The notes under the pieces were generated by a model. The model made no database searches and was not told where the DNA came from. It was given only the letters and a program-made list of their open reading frames with translations. DNA of 64,000 nucleotides from an uncultured Verrucomicrobiae bacterium. GTDB lineage: Bacteria > Chlamydiota > Chlamydiia > Chlamydiales > Rhabdochlamydiaceae. How positions within the stretch are numbered: position 1 is the first letter of the stretch; every line of letters starts with the position of its first letter. This document shows, piece after piece, positions 1 to 10,301 of the stretch. The translations under genes were made by a program, and so were the position numbers. The stretch covers positions 51,383-115,382 of the forward strand of contig CAWFUG010000012.1 of NCBI GenBank assembly GCA_963818965.1, in the 5' to 3' direction.

Positions 1-126
1 AAGGGCAAAGACCCCACCGACTTCCAAGAAGCCTTTACAAATCTCAATCAACAGCACTGTGGTGTCCACTGCTTGACTAATGAATTAGAAACGAAAATGC
101 ATGTCGCAGGCGCTACCCATCCTTAA
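1..126 (+). CDS. 3' end of a gene running into the window; possible amidinotransferase/deiminase-superfamily enzyme
   Basis: Frame 1 reads KGKDPTDFQEAFTNLNQQHCGVHCLTNELETKMHVAGATHP*; GVHCLTN resembles the C-terminal catalytic-Cys motif of arginine/agmatine deiminase-type enzymes. Confidence 0.4.
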   Translation, partial: KGKDPTDFQEAFTNLNQQHCGVHCLTNELETKMHVAGATHP

Positions 127-135
127 AAAACATCT

Positions 136-202
136 TATACCCCGCGCGCTTAGGAATGGTGCATTTGAGCGCGTGAAAGCCCCGAGATTCTGGGGTCGTA
201 TT
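136..202 (+). repeat. Partial palindromic element (arm type B)
   Basis: TATACCCCGCGCGCTTAGGAATGGTGCATTTGAGCGCGTGAAAGCCCCG is nearly identical to the arm at 24871. Confidence 0.85.
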
Positions 203-252
203 CCTCTCTTTTTTAGGGTTAAAAACCCGTTTCTGTGGTATCCTCTTTCTCT

Positions 253-870
253 ATGAAAGAGCACGATTCAGTGGATTGGCACGCGCAGTGGGAGCAGTTT
301 GCGCCCGGATTTCAAAAGGGACTAGCCCATGTAGACCTCGCGGCCTATGGGGGGCCTGTGCTGCGCATGAAGCCGGGTGCCGGCTTTGGGGATTTTTCCC
401 ATCCGACGACCCGATTAGCGCTTAGCTTGATGAGCCCAATGGCACGAGAACACCAGGTGATCGACATCGGCTGTGGTAGCGGGGTTTTGTCTGTAGCGGC
501 AGCGCTTTTGGGATCCGCTGGAGTGGTCGGAATTGACATTGAGAGCGAGGCCCTCCAACACTCTGAAGAAAATGCGCGATTGAATGGAGTGGAAGATCGG
601 GTGGCTTTCACAGCTCAGATCGATTCCCTCGACAAAAATAACGCTTATTTGATCGTGATGAATATGATCCTCTGCGAACAAAAGAGCGCCTGGGAGTCTT
701 TGCCCTTGCTCCACGATCTTAAAGCTACGATCGTCACCTCGGGGATCTTGACGCAGGATCGCGAGATCTACTTAAACCTAACGAGGGAATGGAACTGGAC
801 TTTACTTCGAGAATCTCAAGAAGGCGAGTGGTCTGGATTCACGTTCTTACAAATTAACAATCATCTATAG
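253..870 (+). CDS. prmA: Ribosomal protein L11 methyltransferase PrmA-like
   Basis: PGAGFGDFSHPTT and DIGCGSGVL SAM-binding motifs; ATG at 253 preferred over the upstream GTG. Confidence 0.8.
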   Translation: MKEHDSVDWHAQWEQFAPGFQKGLAHVDLAAYGGPVLRMKPGAGFGDFSHPTTRLALSLMSPMAREHQVIDIGCGSGVLSVAAALLGSAGVVGIDIESEALQHSEENARLNGVEDRVAFTAQIDSLDKNNAYLIVMNMILCEQKSAWESLPLLHDLKATIVTSGILTQDREIYLNLTREWNWTLLRESQEGEWSGFTFLQINNHL

Positions 871-1768
871 AAGTTGACTGACCTTCGATGTCTTCTGGAT
901 ACTCTCCAAATTCTATGCGGAGGATGTTCCATTCTGGCAAGTAATAGTCGCGTAAATAGTTGCGACAGGGGATGTAGCTGGGATGGATCCATTGATCGGG
1001 GGCGATCACGATCTTAGCGCAGTTTCGATTGAGGTAAGCCCCCCACCAAGAAAAGGTGGAAGCTCCCATGATCATGTGTTTCATTCGGGACATCAAGTAA
1101 AGATCCGCAATGTGATCGTTACCTTCAATAAAGACGACATTTTTGCACAATTGAGAAAAGTGTTTTTTACACCACTCAATCCGATCAGAGAAGACCACAA
1201 AAAGGGCATCTTCGGGGAAGTAGCCGATCGCTTCCTTGTAATAATCAAGACCTACGAAAGGATGTGTATTCGTCTCATGTTTCCAGCGCGAATAGGTGCG
1301 CACATGGAGTGCCACCGTATAGGGATGAGCGAGGAGATCTCCGTACTTGTTCTCTAAATAAGTCGTATAGACGTCAGATGGCGCAAAAAGATCTAAGATC
1401 TTTTCTCGATGGTGGTGAAAGTACTTCCACGACTGCAGATACCCGTAGAGATAGAGATCGGAAAGCTCTGGGATCGGCTCGAAACCTTGGGGAGCGGATT
1501 GAGCAAATTGGTGAGAATGGGCTCGCGGAGGTGAGGAAGCGTCGAGTCGAAAAAACATATGCTCTCGATTATGAGGGATGTTGTACCACTCTGAGTGCAA
1601 ATCGGGAAAAAAAGCGTGCACGTCGTGATCCCAAGCATAAGACTGTATTGTCGCAATCTGGAACAGCTGGTTTCCGAGTTGTCCCATGACATTTCCCGTC
1701 ACAAAGGAAGTGTTTGCGTGGCAAAAGGATAATCCGCATAGCAATAGGCAAATGAGCTCCTTGAACAT
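854..1768 (-). CDS. Alpha-1,2-fucosyltransferase (GT11) with signal-like N-terminus
   Basis: GQLGNQLF, LHVR, FSD and STFSWWGAYL GT11 motifs. Confidence 0.88.
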   Translation of the reverse strand: MFKELICLLLCGLSFCHANTSFVTGNVMGQLGNQLFQIATIQSYAWDHDVHAFFPDLHSEWYNIPHNREHMFFRLDASSPPRAHSHQFAQSAPQGFEPIPELSDLYLYGYLQSWKYFHHHREKILDLFAPSDVYTTYLENKYGDLLAHPYTVALHVRTYSRWKHETNTHPFVGLDYYKEAIGYFPEDALFVVFSDRIEWCKKHFSQLCKNVVFIEGNDHIADLYLMSRMKHMIMGASTFSWWGAYLNRNCAKIVIAPDQWIHPSYIPCRNYLRDYYLPEWNILRIEFGEYPEDIEGQSTSIDDC

Positions 1769-1783
1769 GACTCTCTCCTTTTT

Positions 1784-2698
1784 TTAACCATCATCCCAAG
1801 AAGCTGACGGACCATCGATGTCAGCGGGATACTCCCCAAATTCTATGGGGATGATTTTCCATTCGGGCAAATAATAGTCGCGTAAATAGTTGCGACAAGG
1901 GATGTAGGCGGGATGCATCCACTGATCGGGAGCGATGATGATCTTATGGCGATTTCGGTTGAGGTAAGCTCCCCACCAAGAAAAGGTCGAAGCTCCCATG
2001 ATCATGTGTTTCATTCGGGACATAAGATACAGATCGGCGATATGATCGTTGCCTTCGATAAAGACGACATTTTTGCACAATTGGGAGAAATGTTTTTTAC
2101 ACCAGTGGATCCGATCGGAGAAGACGACAAAAAGAGTGTCTTCTGGGAAGTAGCTAATCGCTTTCTTGTAATAATCCAAGCCTATAAAGCCATGTACATT
2201 CATTTCATGCTTCCAACGCGAATAGGTCCGCACATGCAGTGCCACTGTGTTGGGATGAGCGAGGAGATCTCCATATTTATTTTCTAAGTAGCTCGTATAA
2301 GCATCAGAAGGAGCAAAAAGCTCCAAGATCTTTTCTCGATGGTGGTGAAAATACCTCCACGACTGAAAATACCCACGGAGATAGAGATCGGGAAGCTCTG
2401 AAATGACATCGAAACTCAAGGGGGTCGATTGATTAAATTCGTGAGAATAGGCTCGTGGAAGCGGAGAAGCGTTGACCCGAAAGAAAATGTGTTCCCGATT
2501 ATAAGGTATGTTATACCAATCTAAGTGCAATTCAGGAAAAAAAGCAGGCACATTGTGATCCCAAGCATAAGACTGTATCGCTGCAATCGCAAATAACTGA
2601 TTCCCGAGTTGTCCCATGAGACTGCCTGTGACGAAAGAAGTGTTTGCCTGGCAAATGGACATTCCACATAGCAATAGAAAAATGAGTTTCTTGAACAC
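1784..2698 (-). CDS. Alpha-1,2-fucosyltransferase (GT11), tandem paralog
   Basis: Same motifs and closely similar to 854..1768; GTG start at 2698 (VFKKLIFLLL) aligns with MFKELICLLL. Confidence 0.88.
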   Translation of the reverse strand: MFKKLIFLLLCGMSICQANTSFVTGSLMGQLGNQLFAIAAIQSYAWDHNVPAFFPELHLDWYNIPYNREHIFFRVNASPLPRAYSHEFNQSTPLSFDVISELPDLYLRGYFQSWRYFHHHREKILELFAPSDAYTSYLENKYGDLLAHPNTVALHVRTYSRWKHEMNVHGFIGLDYYKKAISYFPEDTLFVVFSDRIHWCKKHFSQLCKNVVFIEGNDHIADLYLMSRMKHMIMGASTFSWWGAYLNRNRHKIIIAPDQWMHPAYIPCRNYLRDYYLPEWKIIPIEFGEYPADIDGPSASWDDG

Positions 2699-2768
2699 CG
2701 CTCTCTCTGCTTTAAAAATTTTAAAGAGCAGAGCATAAGTGACTAAAAACCAAAAAATCAAGAACTAT

Positions 2769-2805
2769 AAAAAAAACCTCCTCAGGTTTCCCGAGGAGGT
2801 TTTTT
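2769..2805 (-). terminator. Rho-independent terminator downstream of groEL
   Basis: AAAAAACCTCCTC...GAGGAGGTTTTTT hairpin with A and T tracts on both sides. Confidence 0.85.
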
Positions 2806-2832
2806 GAAGACAATGGAAAAGAAGGGCGATGA

Positions 2833-4518
<1,686 letters not shown>

Positions 4519-4523
4519 CTAAA

Positions 4524-4826
4524 TTATACTAAAACGCCGAGAATATCTTCTTCTGACAAGATGAGGTATTCTCCTTGATCATCTTCAGTCTTTACTTCTG
4601 TCCCTGCATAAGAGGAGAACAACACTTGATCTCCGACAGTGACGGACAGCTTCTTGAGCTCACCTTTTTCATCCCGTTTTCCAGGCCCTACCGCGAGAAC
4701 TTCTCCTTGTCTGGGTTTCTCTTTTGCCGTATCTGGAAGAATGATTCCCCCCTTACTCACTTTTTTTTCTAAGCGCTTGATAAGGACGCGATCGCCGAGA
4801 GGTTGGATGTGTTGTGTTGCTGACAT
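4524..4826 (-). CDS. groES: Co-chaperonin GroES
   Basis: [21 protein letters not shown]; directly upstream of groEL. Confidence 0.98.
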   Translation of the reverse strand: MSATQHIQPLGDRVLIKRLEKKVSKGGIILPDTAKEKPRQGEVLAVGPGKRDEKGELKKLSVTVGDQVLFSSYAGTEVKTEDDQGEYLILSEEDILGVLV

Positions 4827-4859
4827 AATTTCTCCTTAAACTTGGATTTGAAAGTTCCC

Positions 4860-4889
4860 ATCGTAGCCTAGGGAAAAGATTCTTGTCAA
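4860..4889 (-). promoter_or_regulatory. Sigma66/70-type promoter of groES-groEL
   Basis: Minus strand TTGACA-N18-TACGAT. Confidence 0.65.
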
Positions 4890-4906
4890 GGGAATAGGGT
4901 TTGTTT

Positions 4907-4933
4907 TTAGCAAAAAAGAGCCTGGAGTGCTAA
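4907..4933. promoter_or_regulatory. CIRCE operator (HrcA site)
   Basis: Minus strand TTAGCACTC-N9-TTTTGCTAA versus consensus TTAGCACTC-N9-GAGTGCTAA, upstream of groES. Confidence 0.85.
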
Positions 4934-6166
4934 TTACTCTGAATAGAGGAGGTAGGGCTTCCTCTCCCGCCGAAACCGCTCCCGCCTCCCTTTCTGGTGC
5001 TCGATCAATTTCCAGGCAATGTACTTCTCTTTCTGGATCCATTCGAACATCTCTTCATTCCCATTCGCTTTGCAGAATAAATTTTTCTTTGCAGGATCCA
5101 AATTTTTGAGCTTTTCAGAGACTTGCTTAGGATAGAAATTTTTTAAGATCCCCAAGATCATGTATTGCGTTGTAACGGGTCGGTAGATCTTGGGATCTGT
5201 GACGAGAATCATCACGCCCTGACAATCTTTTCCTTTATAGAGACCGTAAAAGGGACGGTAATGGAAAGGGAGAAATTTGACTCCGGGGAGCTTTTGTTCA
5301 TTTAATTTTTGAGCAAAGGGGGCAGCGACAATCCACGGAGCTCCGATCACTTTGAAGGGGAGCGTGTATCCGATGCCGATGTTCACAAGGCTAATTTCCC
5401 CTAAAATACCCGAAGTGGCGTAGTAAAGAGGCGTATCGGCTTCAGGGATATGCGGACTCGTCGGAATCCACTGCAACCCCGTGTCCGCGTAACTCATCGA
5501 CCTCTTCCATCCTTTCATGGGGATGACTTTCAACTGACAGCCCACCTGGTATTTGTCATTGAAATAGCGCGCCAACTCTCCCACTGTCATCCCATGACAA
5601 TAGGGAATATCGATGTGGCCGATGAAAGAGCGCCAGTTTTCTTCCATCATCGGGCCATCGATCGTGAGTCCATTGATGGGATTGGGACGATCGAAGACGA
5701 TCACGGGAATCTGATACTTAGCTGCTTCCTCCATCATATAAAATAGAGTCGTCGTGTAGGTATAAGTGCGACATCCGATATCTTGGATGTCATAGAGGAT
5801 CACATCGATTCCCTTTAACATCTCCTGACTCGGGCGTCGGTACTTACCCTGTAGGTTGTAAACTGGAATCCCTTCTGGCCCCCACTTTTCTTTACCCTCT
5901 TCAAAGGCGTAGAAATGGCCTGTCAGCCCATGTTCAGGAGAGAAGAGAGTGACGAGTTTCAGCGCTTTGGCACAGAGATCGATCGTGGAGCGCATCTCTT
6001 TGTTCACCCCTGTGTGATTTGTCACAAGAGCGACGCGCTTACCTCTAAGCTCTTCGACCATTTTCCCTTCAAAAAACTGATCCACCCCCAACTCTACGGC
6101 ACCGTGAACCGTCGGGATGATGCTCATTAAGAGCATGAACATAAAAATCTTAAGTAGCCCACCCAT
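4934..6166 (-). CDS. DUF1343 / exo-beta-N-acetylmuramidase NamZ-family protein, exported
   Basis: LVTNHTGV, FSPEHG, DIQDIGCRTYTY, DRPNP, PTSPHIP motifs; the ORF-track extension to 6469 runs through a repeat element. Confidence 0.85.
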   Translation of the reverse strand: MGGLLKIFMFMLLMSIIPTVHGAVELGVDQFFEGKMVEELRGKRVALVTNHTGVNKEMRSTIDLCAKALKLVTLFSPEHGLTGHFYAFEEGKEKWGPEGIPVYNLQGKYRRPSQEMLKGIDVILYDIQDIGCRTYTYTTTLFYMMEEAAKYQIPVIVFDRPNPINGLTIDGPMMEENWRSFIGHIDIPYCHGMTVGELARYFNDKYQVGCQLKVIPMKGWKRSMSYADTGLQWIPTSPHIPEADTPLYYATSGILGEISLVNIGIGYTLPFKVIGAPWIVAAPFAQKLNEQKLPGVKFLPFHYRPFYGLYKGKDCQGVMILVTDPKIYRPVTTQYMILGILKNFYPKQVSEKLKNLDPAKKNLFCKANGNEEMFEWIQKEKYIAWKLIEHQKGRRERFRRERKPYLLYSE

Positions 6167-6241
6167 CTTCCACGACTCCATTCTTTTCCCAAAAATATAC
6201 GCAAGCGCTAATAATATTGGCACGGAAATACTTGAGCAGTT

Positions 6242-6408
6242 TATACTGCAATCGGTTGAAAAGCTGCAATTTGGCCATGTCAAAGCCTCAGGGTTCGACG
6301 ATTGAAAGTGGGGGTAGTATTGATGAGATACAACCCCCACTTTCAATCGTCGAACCGCGAGGACTTTCACACAAGCCAAATTGCAGCTTTTCAACCAATT
6401 GCAGTATA
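6242..6408. repeat. Full-length 167-bp palindromic MITE/RPE-like element (arm type A)
   Basis: TATACTGCAAT...ATTGCAGTATA; imperfect inverted repeat along its whole length; core shared with 24871..25037. Confidence 0.92.
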
Positions 6409-6421
6409 AAATCCCGTTCCC

Positions 6422-8551
6422 ATGCAAACGACGCAACTCAACCCAGAACAGCAAAGAGCTGTCGACCACATCGAAGGCCCCCTCCTCGTGTTAGCCGGAG
6501 CCGGTTCGGGCAAGACCCGCATCGTCACGCATCGCATTGCCCACCTGCTTGAAATTGGCGTCCCCTCTCACGAAATTTTGGGTTTGACCTTCACGAATAA
6601 GGCTGCAGATGAAATGCGCCATCGAGTGCTCCATCTCACCCATCAGTCTGTGTTGACTTGCACTTTCCACAGCCTGTGTGCGCGGATCTTGAGAGAATCG
6701 ATCGGCGTCATCGGCTATACGCGCGACTTTACCATCTACGACGAAGAGGACAGTGAAAAAGCGCTCAAGCAGTGTTTTCTCCTCGCTAACTTAAAAGAAG
6801 AAAAAGCCCAGGTCAAAAAGATACGCGCCCAAATCTCTCAAGCCAAAAACAGCCTGCTCGGGCCCGATGAGATAGAGGAAGAAGAGCCCGATTTCAAACA
6901 ACTCTATTCCCTCTATCAGCAAAAGCTAAAAGAGTACAATGCCCTCGATTTCGATGATTTGCTCTTCCTCACGGTCAAACTCTTCAAATCCTCTCCTGAA
7001 ATTCTAGAGATCTATCAACAGCGGTGGCGCTTCATCCTCATCGACGAATACCAAGACACCAACGCTGCGCAATATACGATCACAAAACTGCTCGCTGAAA
7101 AACACCACAACGTCTTTGCCGTCGGAGATCCCGACCAATCGATCTATTCGTGGCGCGGAGCCGACATCCAAAATATTTTGAACTTCGAAAAGGACTTCCC
7201 CGGCGCTGAAGTGATCCCCCTCGAACAAAATTACCGCAGCCGCAGCAACATCCTAGAAGCCGCCAATGCTTTGATCCGCCACAATGCCTCTCGCTATGAA
7301 AAAAACTTGTGGAGCGATCGCGGTCCTGGAGAAAAAATCGCCTGCCATATCGCTGAAGATGATCACAGGGAGGCAGACTTCGTTGTCAAACAGCTTTACA
7401 AGCTCCATCGAGAACGCGGCGTGCCATTACGAGACTGCGCGATCTTTTACCGCACCAATTTCCAATCCCGCATCTTTGAAGATCACCTCTTAAGAGAAAG
7501 AGTCCCTTACGTCATCGTCGGAGGCGTCTCCTTTTACCAAAGACGAGAAATCAAAGATGTTCTCAGCCTGATGCGCATGGTCCTCTCAGGAACCGACAAC
7601 CTCTCCTTCTTGCGTACGATCAATCTCCCCAAAAGAGGTTTGGGAGAAGCCACTTTAGAGAGATTGCAAGAACTCGCAGCCGAAAGAGGAGAGAGCCTCT
7701 TCGATACTTGTACGGCAATCGTCGAAGAGAGAGCCTCCTTTAAACTCAGTCAAAAGCAGGCGGAAGGGTTGAAAAACTACACCCACACCATTGCGACTTT
7801 AAGAGAGATGCTCAAACAAAATTGCACCTTGCATGAAGTAATCAGCGAGGCGATGGCGCGCTCTCGCTATTTAGAGTATCTCAAAGAAGACCCTGAGAGT
7901 TATGAAGAGAGGCGCGGTAACCTCGAAGAATTGATTAACAAAGCGCGCGAGTGGGAACAGGAAGTCGACAGTCCTACGCTCGCTCTTTTTTTAGAGGAGC
8001 TCACCCTCAAGTCTAACCCTGAAAAAGACGATGGCCTACAAGATCAAGTGCGGATGATGACGCTCCACAACGGAAAGGGGTTGGAGTTCACGGCCGTCTT
8101 CCTCGTCGGACTCGAAGAAGAACTGCTCCCCCACATCAACTCTCTCCACGAACCAGAAGCTGTCGAAGAGGAGCGCCGCCTGTGCTATGTCGGAATGACG
8201 CGCGCTAAAGAGTTTCTCTTTCTATCCGCTTCTGCTTATCGCTACCTCTTCGGCATGCCCCGCTTCATGCGGCCAAGCCGCTTCCTCAAAGAAATCCCCG
8301 AAGAATACCTCCACAAATCCCGTTCCAATGGAGTGAGTGGCTCTTGGAATGAAACAGAGACTTTAGAGGGATTCTCCTCTTCCACTTTCACAGAGGGGGA
8401 CATCGTCGCCCATAAGGACTTCGGCATGGGCATTGTACAGAAAAGCTACAACACCTCCCTAGGGCTTACTTATGACGTCTGCTTTCCCAAACTTAACGCC
8501 GTGCGTTCTCTGGTCGCTAAGTTCGCGAAACTGAGAAAGCTCGAGGAGTAG
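6422..8551 (+). CDS. uvrD: ATP-dependent DNA helicase UvrD/PcrA
   Basis: AGAGSGKT, DEYQD, GDPDQSIY, QNYRS, EERRLCYVGMTRA. Confidence 0.95.
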   Translation: MQTTQLNPEQQRAVDHIEGPLLVLAGAGSGKTRIVTHRIAHLLEIGVPSHEILGLTFTNKAADEMRHRVLHLTHQSVLTCTFHSLCARILRESIGVIGYTRDFTIYDEEDSEKALKQCFLLANLKEEKAQVKKIRAQISQAKNSLLGPDEIEEEEPDFKQLYSLYQQKLKEYNALDFDDLLFLTVKLFKSSPEILEIYQQRWRFILIDEYQDTNAAQYTITKLLAEKHHNVFAVGDPDQSIYSWRGADIQNILNFEKDFPGAEVIPLEQNYRSRSNILEAANALIRHNASRYEKNLWSDRGPGEKIACHIAEDDHREADFVVKQLYKLHRERGVPLRDCAIFYRTNFQSRIFEDHLLRERVPYVIVGGVSFYQRREIKDVLSLMRMVLSGTDNLSFLRTINLPKRGLGEATLERLQELAAERGESLFDTCTAIVEERASFKLSQKQAEGLKNYTHTIATLREMLKQNCTLHEVISEAMARSRYLEYLKEDPESYEERRGNLEELINKAREWEQEVDSPTLALFLEELTLKSNPEKDDGLQDQVRMMTLHNGKGLEFTAVFLVGLEEELLPHINSLHEPEAVEEERRLCYVGMTRAKEFLFLSASAYRYLFGMPRFMRPSRFLKEIPEEYLHKSRSNGVSGSWNETETLEGFSSSTFTEGDIVAHKDFGMGIVQKSYNTSLGLTYDVCFPKLNAVRSLVAKFAKLRKLEE

Positions 8552-8692
8552 GTCCTCCCCTAAATAAAATTTTAATTATCTACGCCCAACTTTTCAGCTC
8601 ATTTGGGCAGACATAGCTCTGAGAGGAGTTTTTTTAATAAGAACTCTAGATCAATATGTTACATTACACCTCAGACATGTTTACTATTTAAA

Positions 8693-8721
8693 TTGACATA
8701 TAGTGTAATATAAACTATAAC
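8693..8721 (+). promoter_or_regulatory. Orphan sigma70-type promoter
   Basis: TTGACA-N17-TATAAC, followed by GGAG and an ATG at 8765. Confidence 0.6.
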
Positions 8722-8805
8722 ATAACTAAAAAGCGAAAAATCGCTTCTAAAAACGGAGATTTATATGTTACCCGTAGCAAGAACACCCCCAACTCCGCAA
8801 CCAGG

Positions 8806-8888
8806 GGAAATACTACCCTCATTTCCGATCGTCGAACCCCGGGGCTTTGACATGGCCCAATCCCGATTCTTGAGTCACGTTCGGTATA
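8806..8888 (-). repeat. Half palindromic element (arm type C) forming the 3' end of the GT9 gene
   Basis: Minus strand TATAC-22 nt-ATTGGGCCATGTCAAAGCCCCGGGGTTCGACGATCGGAAATGAGGGTAGTATTTCC. Confidence 0.88.
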
Positions 8889-9799
8889 ACCACAGCTTGA
8901 AAAGCTTGGATGACGCGCCGGACGCTGATCCAGCGCTTCCACTGCTTATCGCGCCAACGCAGCCCCTTGAGATTGGGAATCCACGCAGAGGGTGTAACGA
9001 CCTTGCCTGGGGCCCATGCAGGGCGCCAGAATTGAGAGGCTTGCCGGCTGCGGCAAATGGTCACGGTAGGAAGCCCAAGGCAAGAGGCGAGGTGTCCGAT
9101 CCCCGAATCGTTTCCGATCATGTATCCCGATTCACACACCATGCGGGCCATGTCTGATAAGGTAGGAAGATCAGGGGCCTCGATTCCCCACCGCACCCGT
9201 TCTTCTTGAGTCAGCAATAAAAGGGGCTCAAACCCTTTTTTTTCTAGCTTGCTTTTTAGTGCGAGGTATTTCTCTTTCGGCCAATTTTTCCCCTCTCGGG
9301 AACTCTCTGGATGGAAGATAATTCTGCTTAAGTGTTTTCTCGGTAAGACCCCTTCTGGAACGCAGATCCCATTCGAGCGCGTCACCACCTTCAATCCTAA
9401 ACCTTCGCTGCAAAATCGAAGGAGATTCTCCACAAAGGTTCGGTGTCCTTCGAAGCGCCCTCCTGACCAGTAAGCATAGTCGCGTCTTTTCGTCGCAATC
9501 GGATTGAGAACGATTGTCTTTTCAGGGTAGTGCTTTTGGCAATAAGAGAGGACCGCTTGCATCTTTTCAGACTTTTCATAGATGACAAAATAGCGATCGT
9601 ATTCTGCGAGCAGGGTTTCGAGTGCGTTTACGGAAGGCAAAGCTAAGAGCGGAAGATGGGGAAACCACTCCTGCAATCCCTGCAAAAAGGGGTGGTAAGT
9701 CGTGACAGAATAACCATTGAGGTGGAGATTATTGGAGAGAACAAGAGCAATAAGTCCATCTCCCAATCCCATACAACTGAAAACAGCGCATCTTTTCAT
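8819..9799 (-). CDS. Glycosyltransferase family 9 (heptosyltransferase-like)
   Basis: GLGD, KNWP and GNDSGIGHLA motifs. Confidence 0.85.
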   Translation of the reverse strand: MKRCAVFSCMGLGDGLIALVLSNNLHLNGYSVTTYHPFLQGLQEWFPHLPLLALPSVNALETLLAEYDRYFVIYEKSEKMQAVLSYCQKHYPEKTIVLNPIATKRRDYAYWSGGRFEGHRTFVENLLRFCSEGLGLKVVTRSNGICVPEGVLPRKHLSRIIFHPESSREGKNWPKEKYLALKSKLEKKGFEPLLLLTQEERVRWGIEAPDLPTLSDMARMVCESGYMIGNDSGIGHLASCLGLPTVTICRSRQASQFWRPAWAPGKVVTPSAWIPNLKGLRWRDKQWKRWISVRRVIQAFQAVVIPNVTQESGLGHVKAPGFDDRK

Positions 9800-9852
9800 G
9801 CCTCGGATATATACCATACTTCTCGCTACAGTTCAATGCAGAGAAAAATTTA

Positions 9853-9916
9853 TTGACGTGCAAAAAGAGCCGCGCATACAATTCTCTGCGCGAGAACCTA
9901 CGAAAGGTTCTCGCGC
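9853..9916 (+). promoter_or_regulatory. Promoter followed by a 5'-leader hairpin
   Basis: TTGACG-N18-TACAAT, then a perfect 12-bp stem GCGCGAGAACCT/AGGTTCTCGCGC at 9888-9916; AAGGAG RBS before ATG 9945. Confidence 0.55.
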
Positions 9917-9944
9917 TACAAAATCTCTATAAAGGAGAAGTCTT

Positions 9945-10301
9945 ATGAAATACTGTCTTTCTTTTCTATTATGTGTCTCTCTGTGGATCAATTGTTTTGC
10001 AGGCTGTCCTTGTTCAAAAGGCAAAGGGAAAGTGCGCTTTTCCGAGTGTCCAAAGACCTATGTCACACCTGATCAAATCGATTTGCATGAGGATGGAATT
10101 TTCGTGCGGATTAACGATAGAATCGTCCAAACAGAGAGCCTTAGCACCGATACCCAAGGAGTCTATTTTCAAAATGTAAAAGATGGTTGTGGCCCCTCCC
10201 AGTGGAGATGCTTCCGCGTCTTAAGTAACGGAATGGTCTGTGAGACGTGTAACTGGGACTGGAACTATAGCTGTTCTTATTGTGGAAAAGACAAACGATG
10301 A
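9945..10301 (+). CDS. Small exported Cys-rich protein
   Basis: Signal-like N-terminus, C-terminal CxxC pairs, good RBS. Confidence 0.75.
   Translation: MKYCLSFLLCVSLWINCFAGCPCSKGKGKVRFSECPKTYVTPDQIDLHEDGIFVRINDRIVQTESLSTDTQGVYFQNVKDGCGPSQWRCFRVLSNGMVCETCNWDWNYSCSYCGKDKR

Noticed and set aside
6218..6236. Sigma-54 promoter (TTGGCACG)
   Set aside because: No TTGC -12 element at the correct spacing
6217..6552. ORFs spanning the palindromic elements (6217..6552, 24755..25156, 24849..25088, 24865..25188) and the N-terminal extensions of the namZ-like and ligase-like genes
   Set aside because: They arise because the repeat is open in several frames; no independent evidence of being genes
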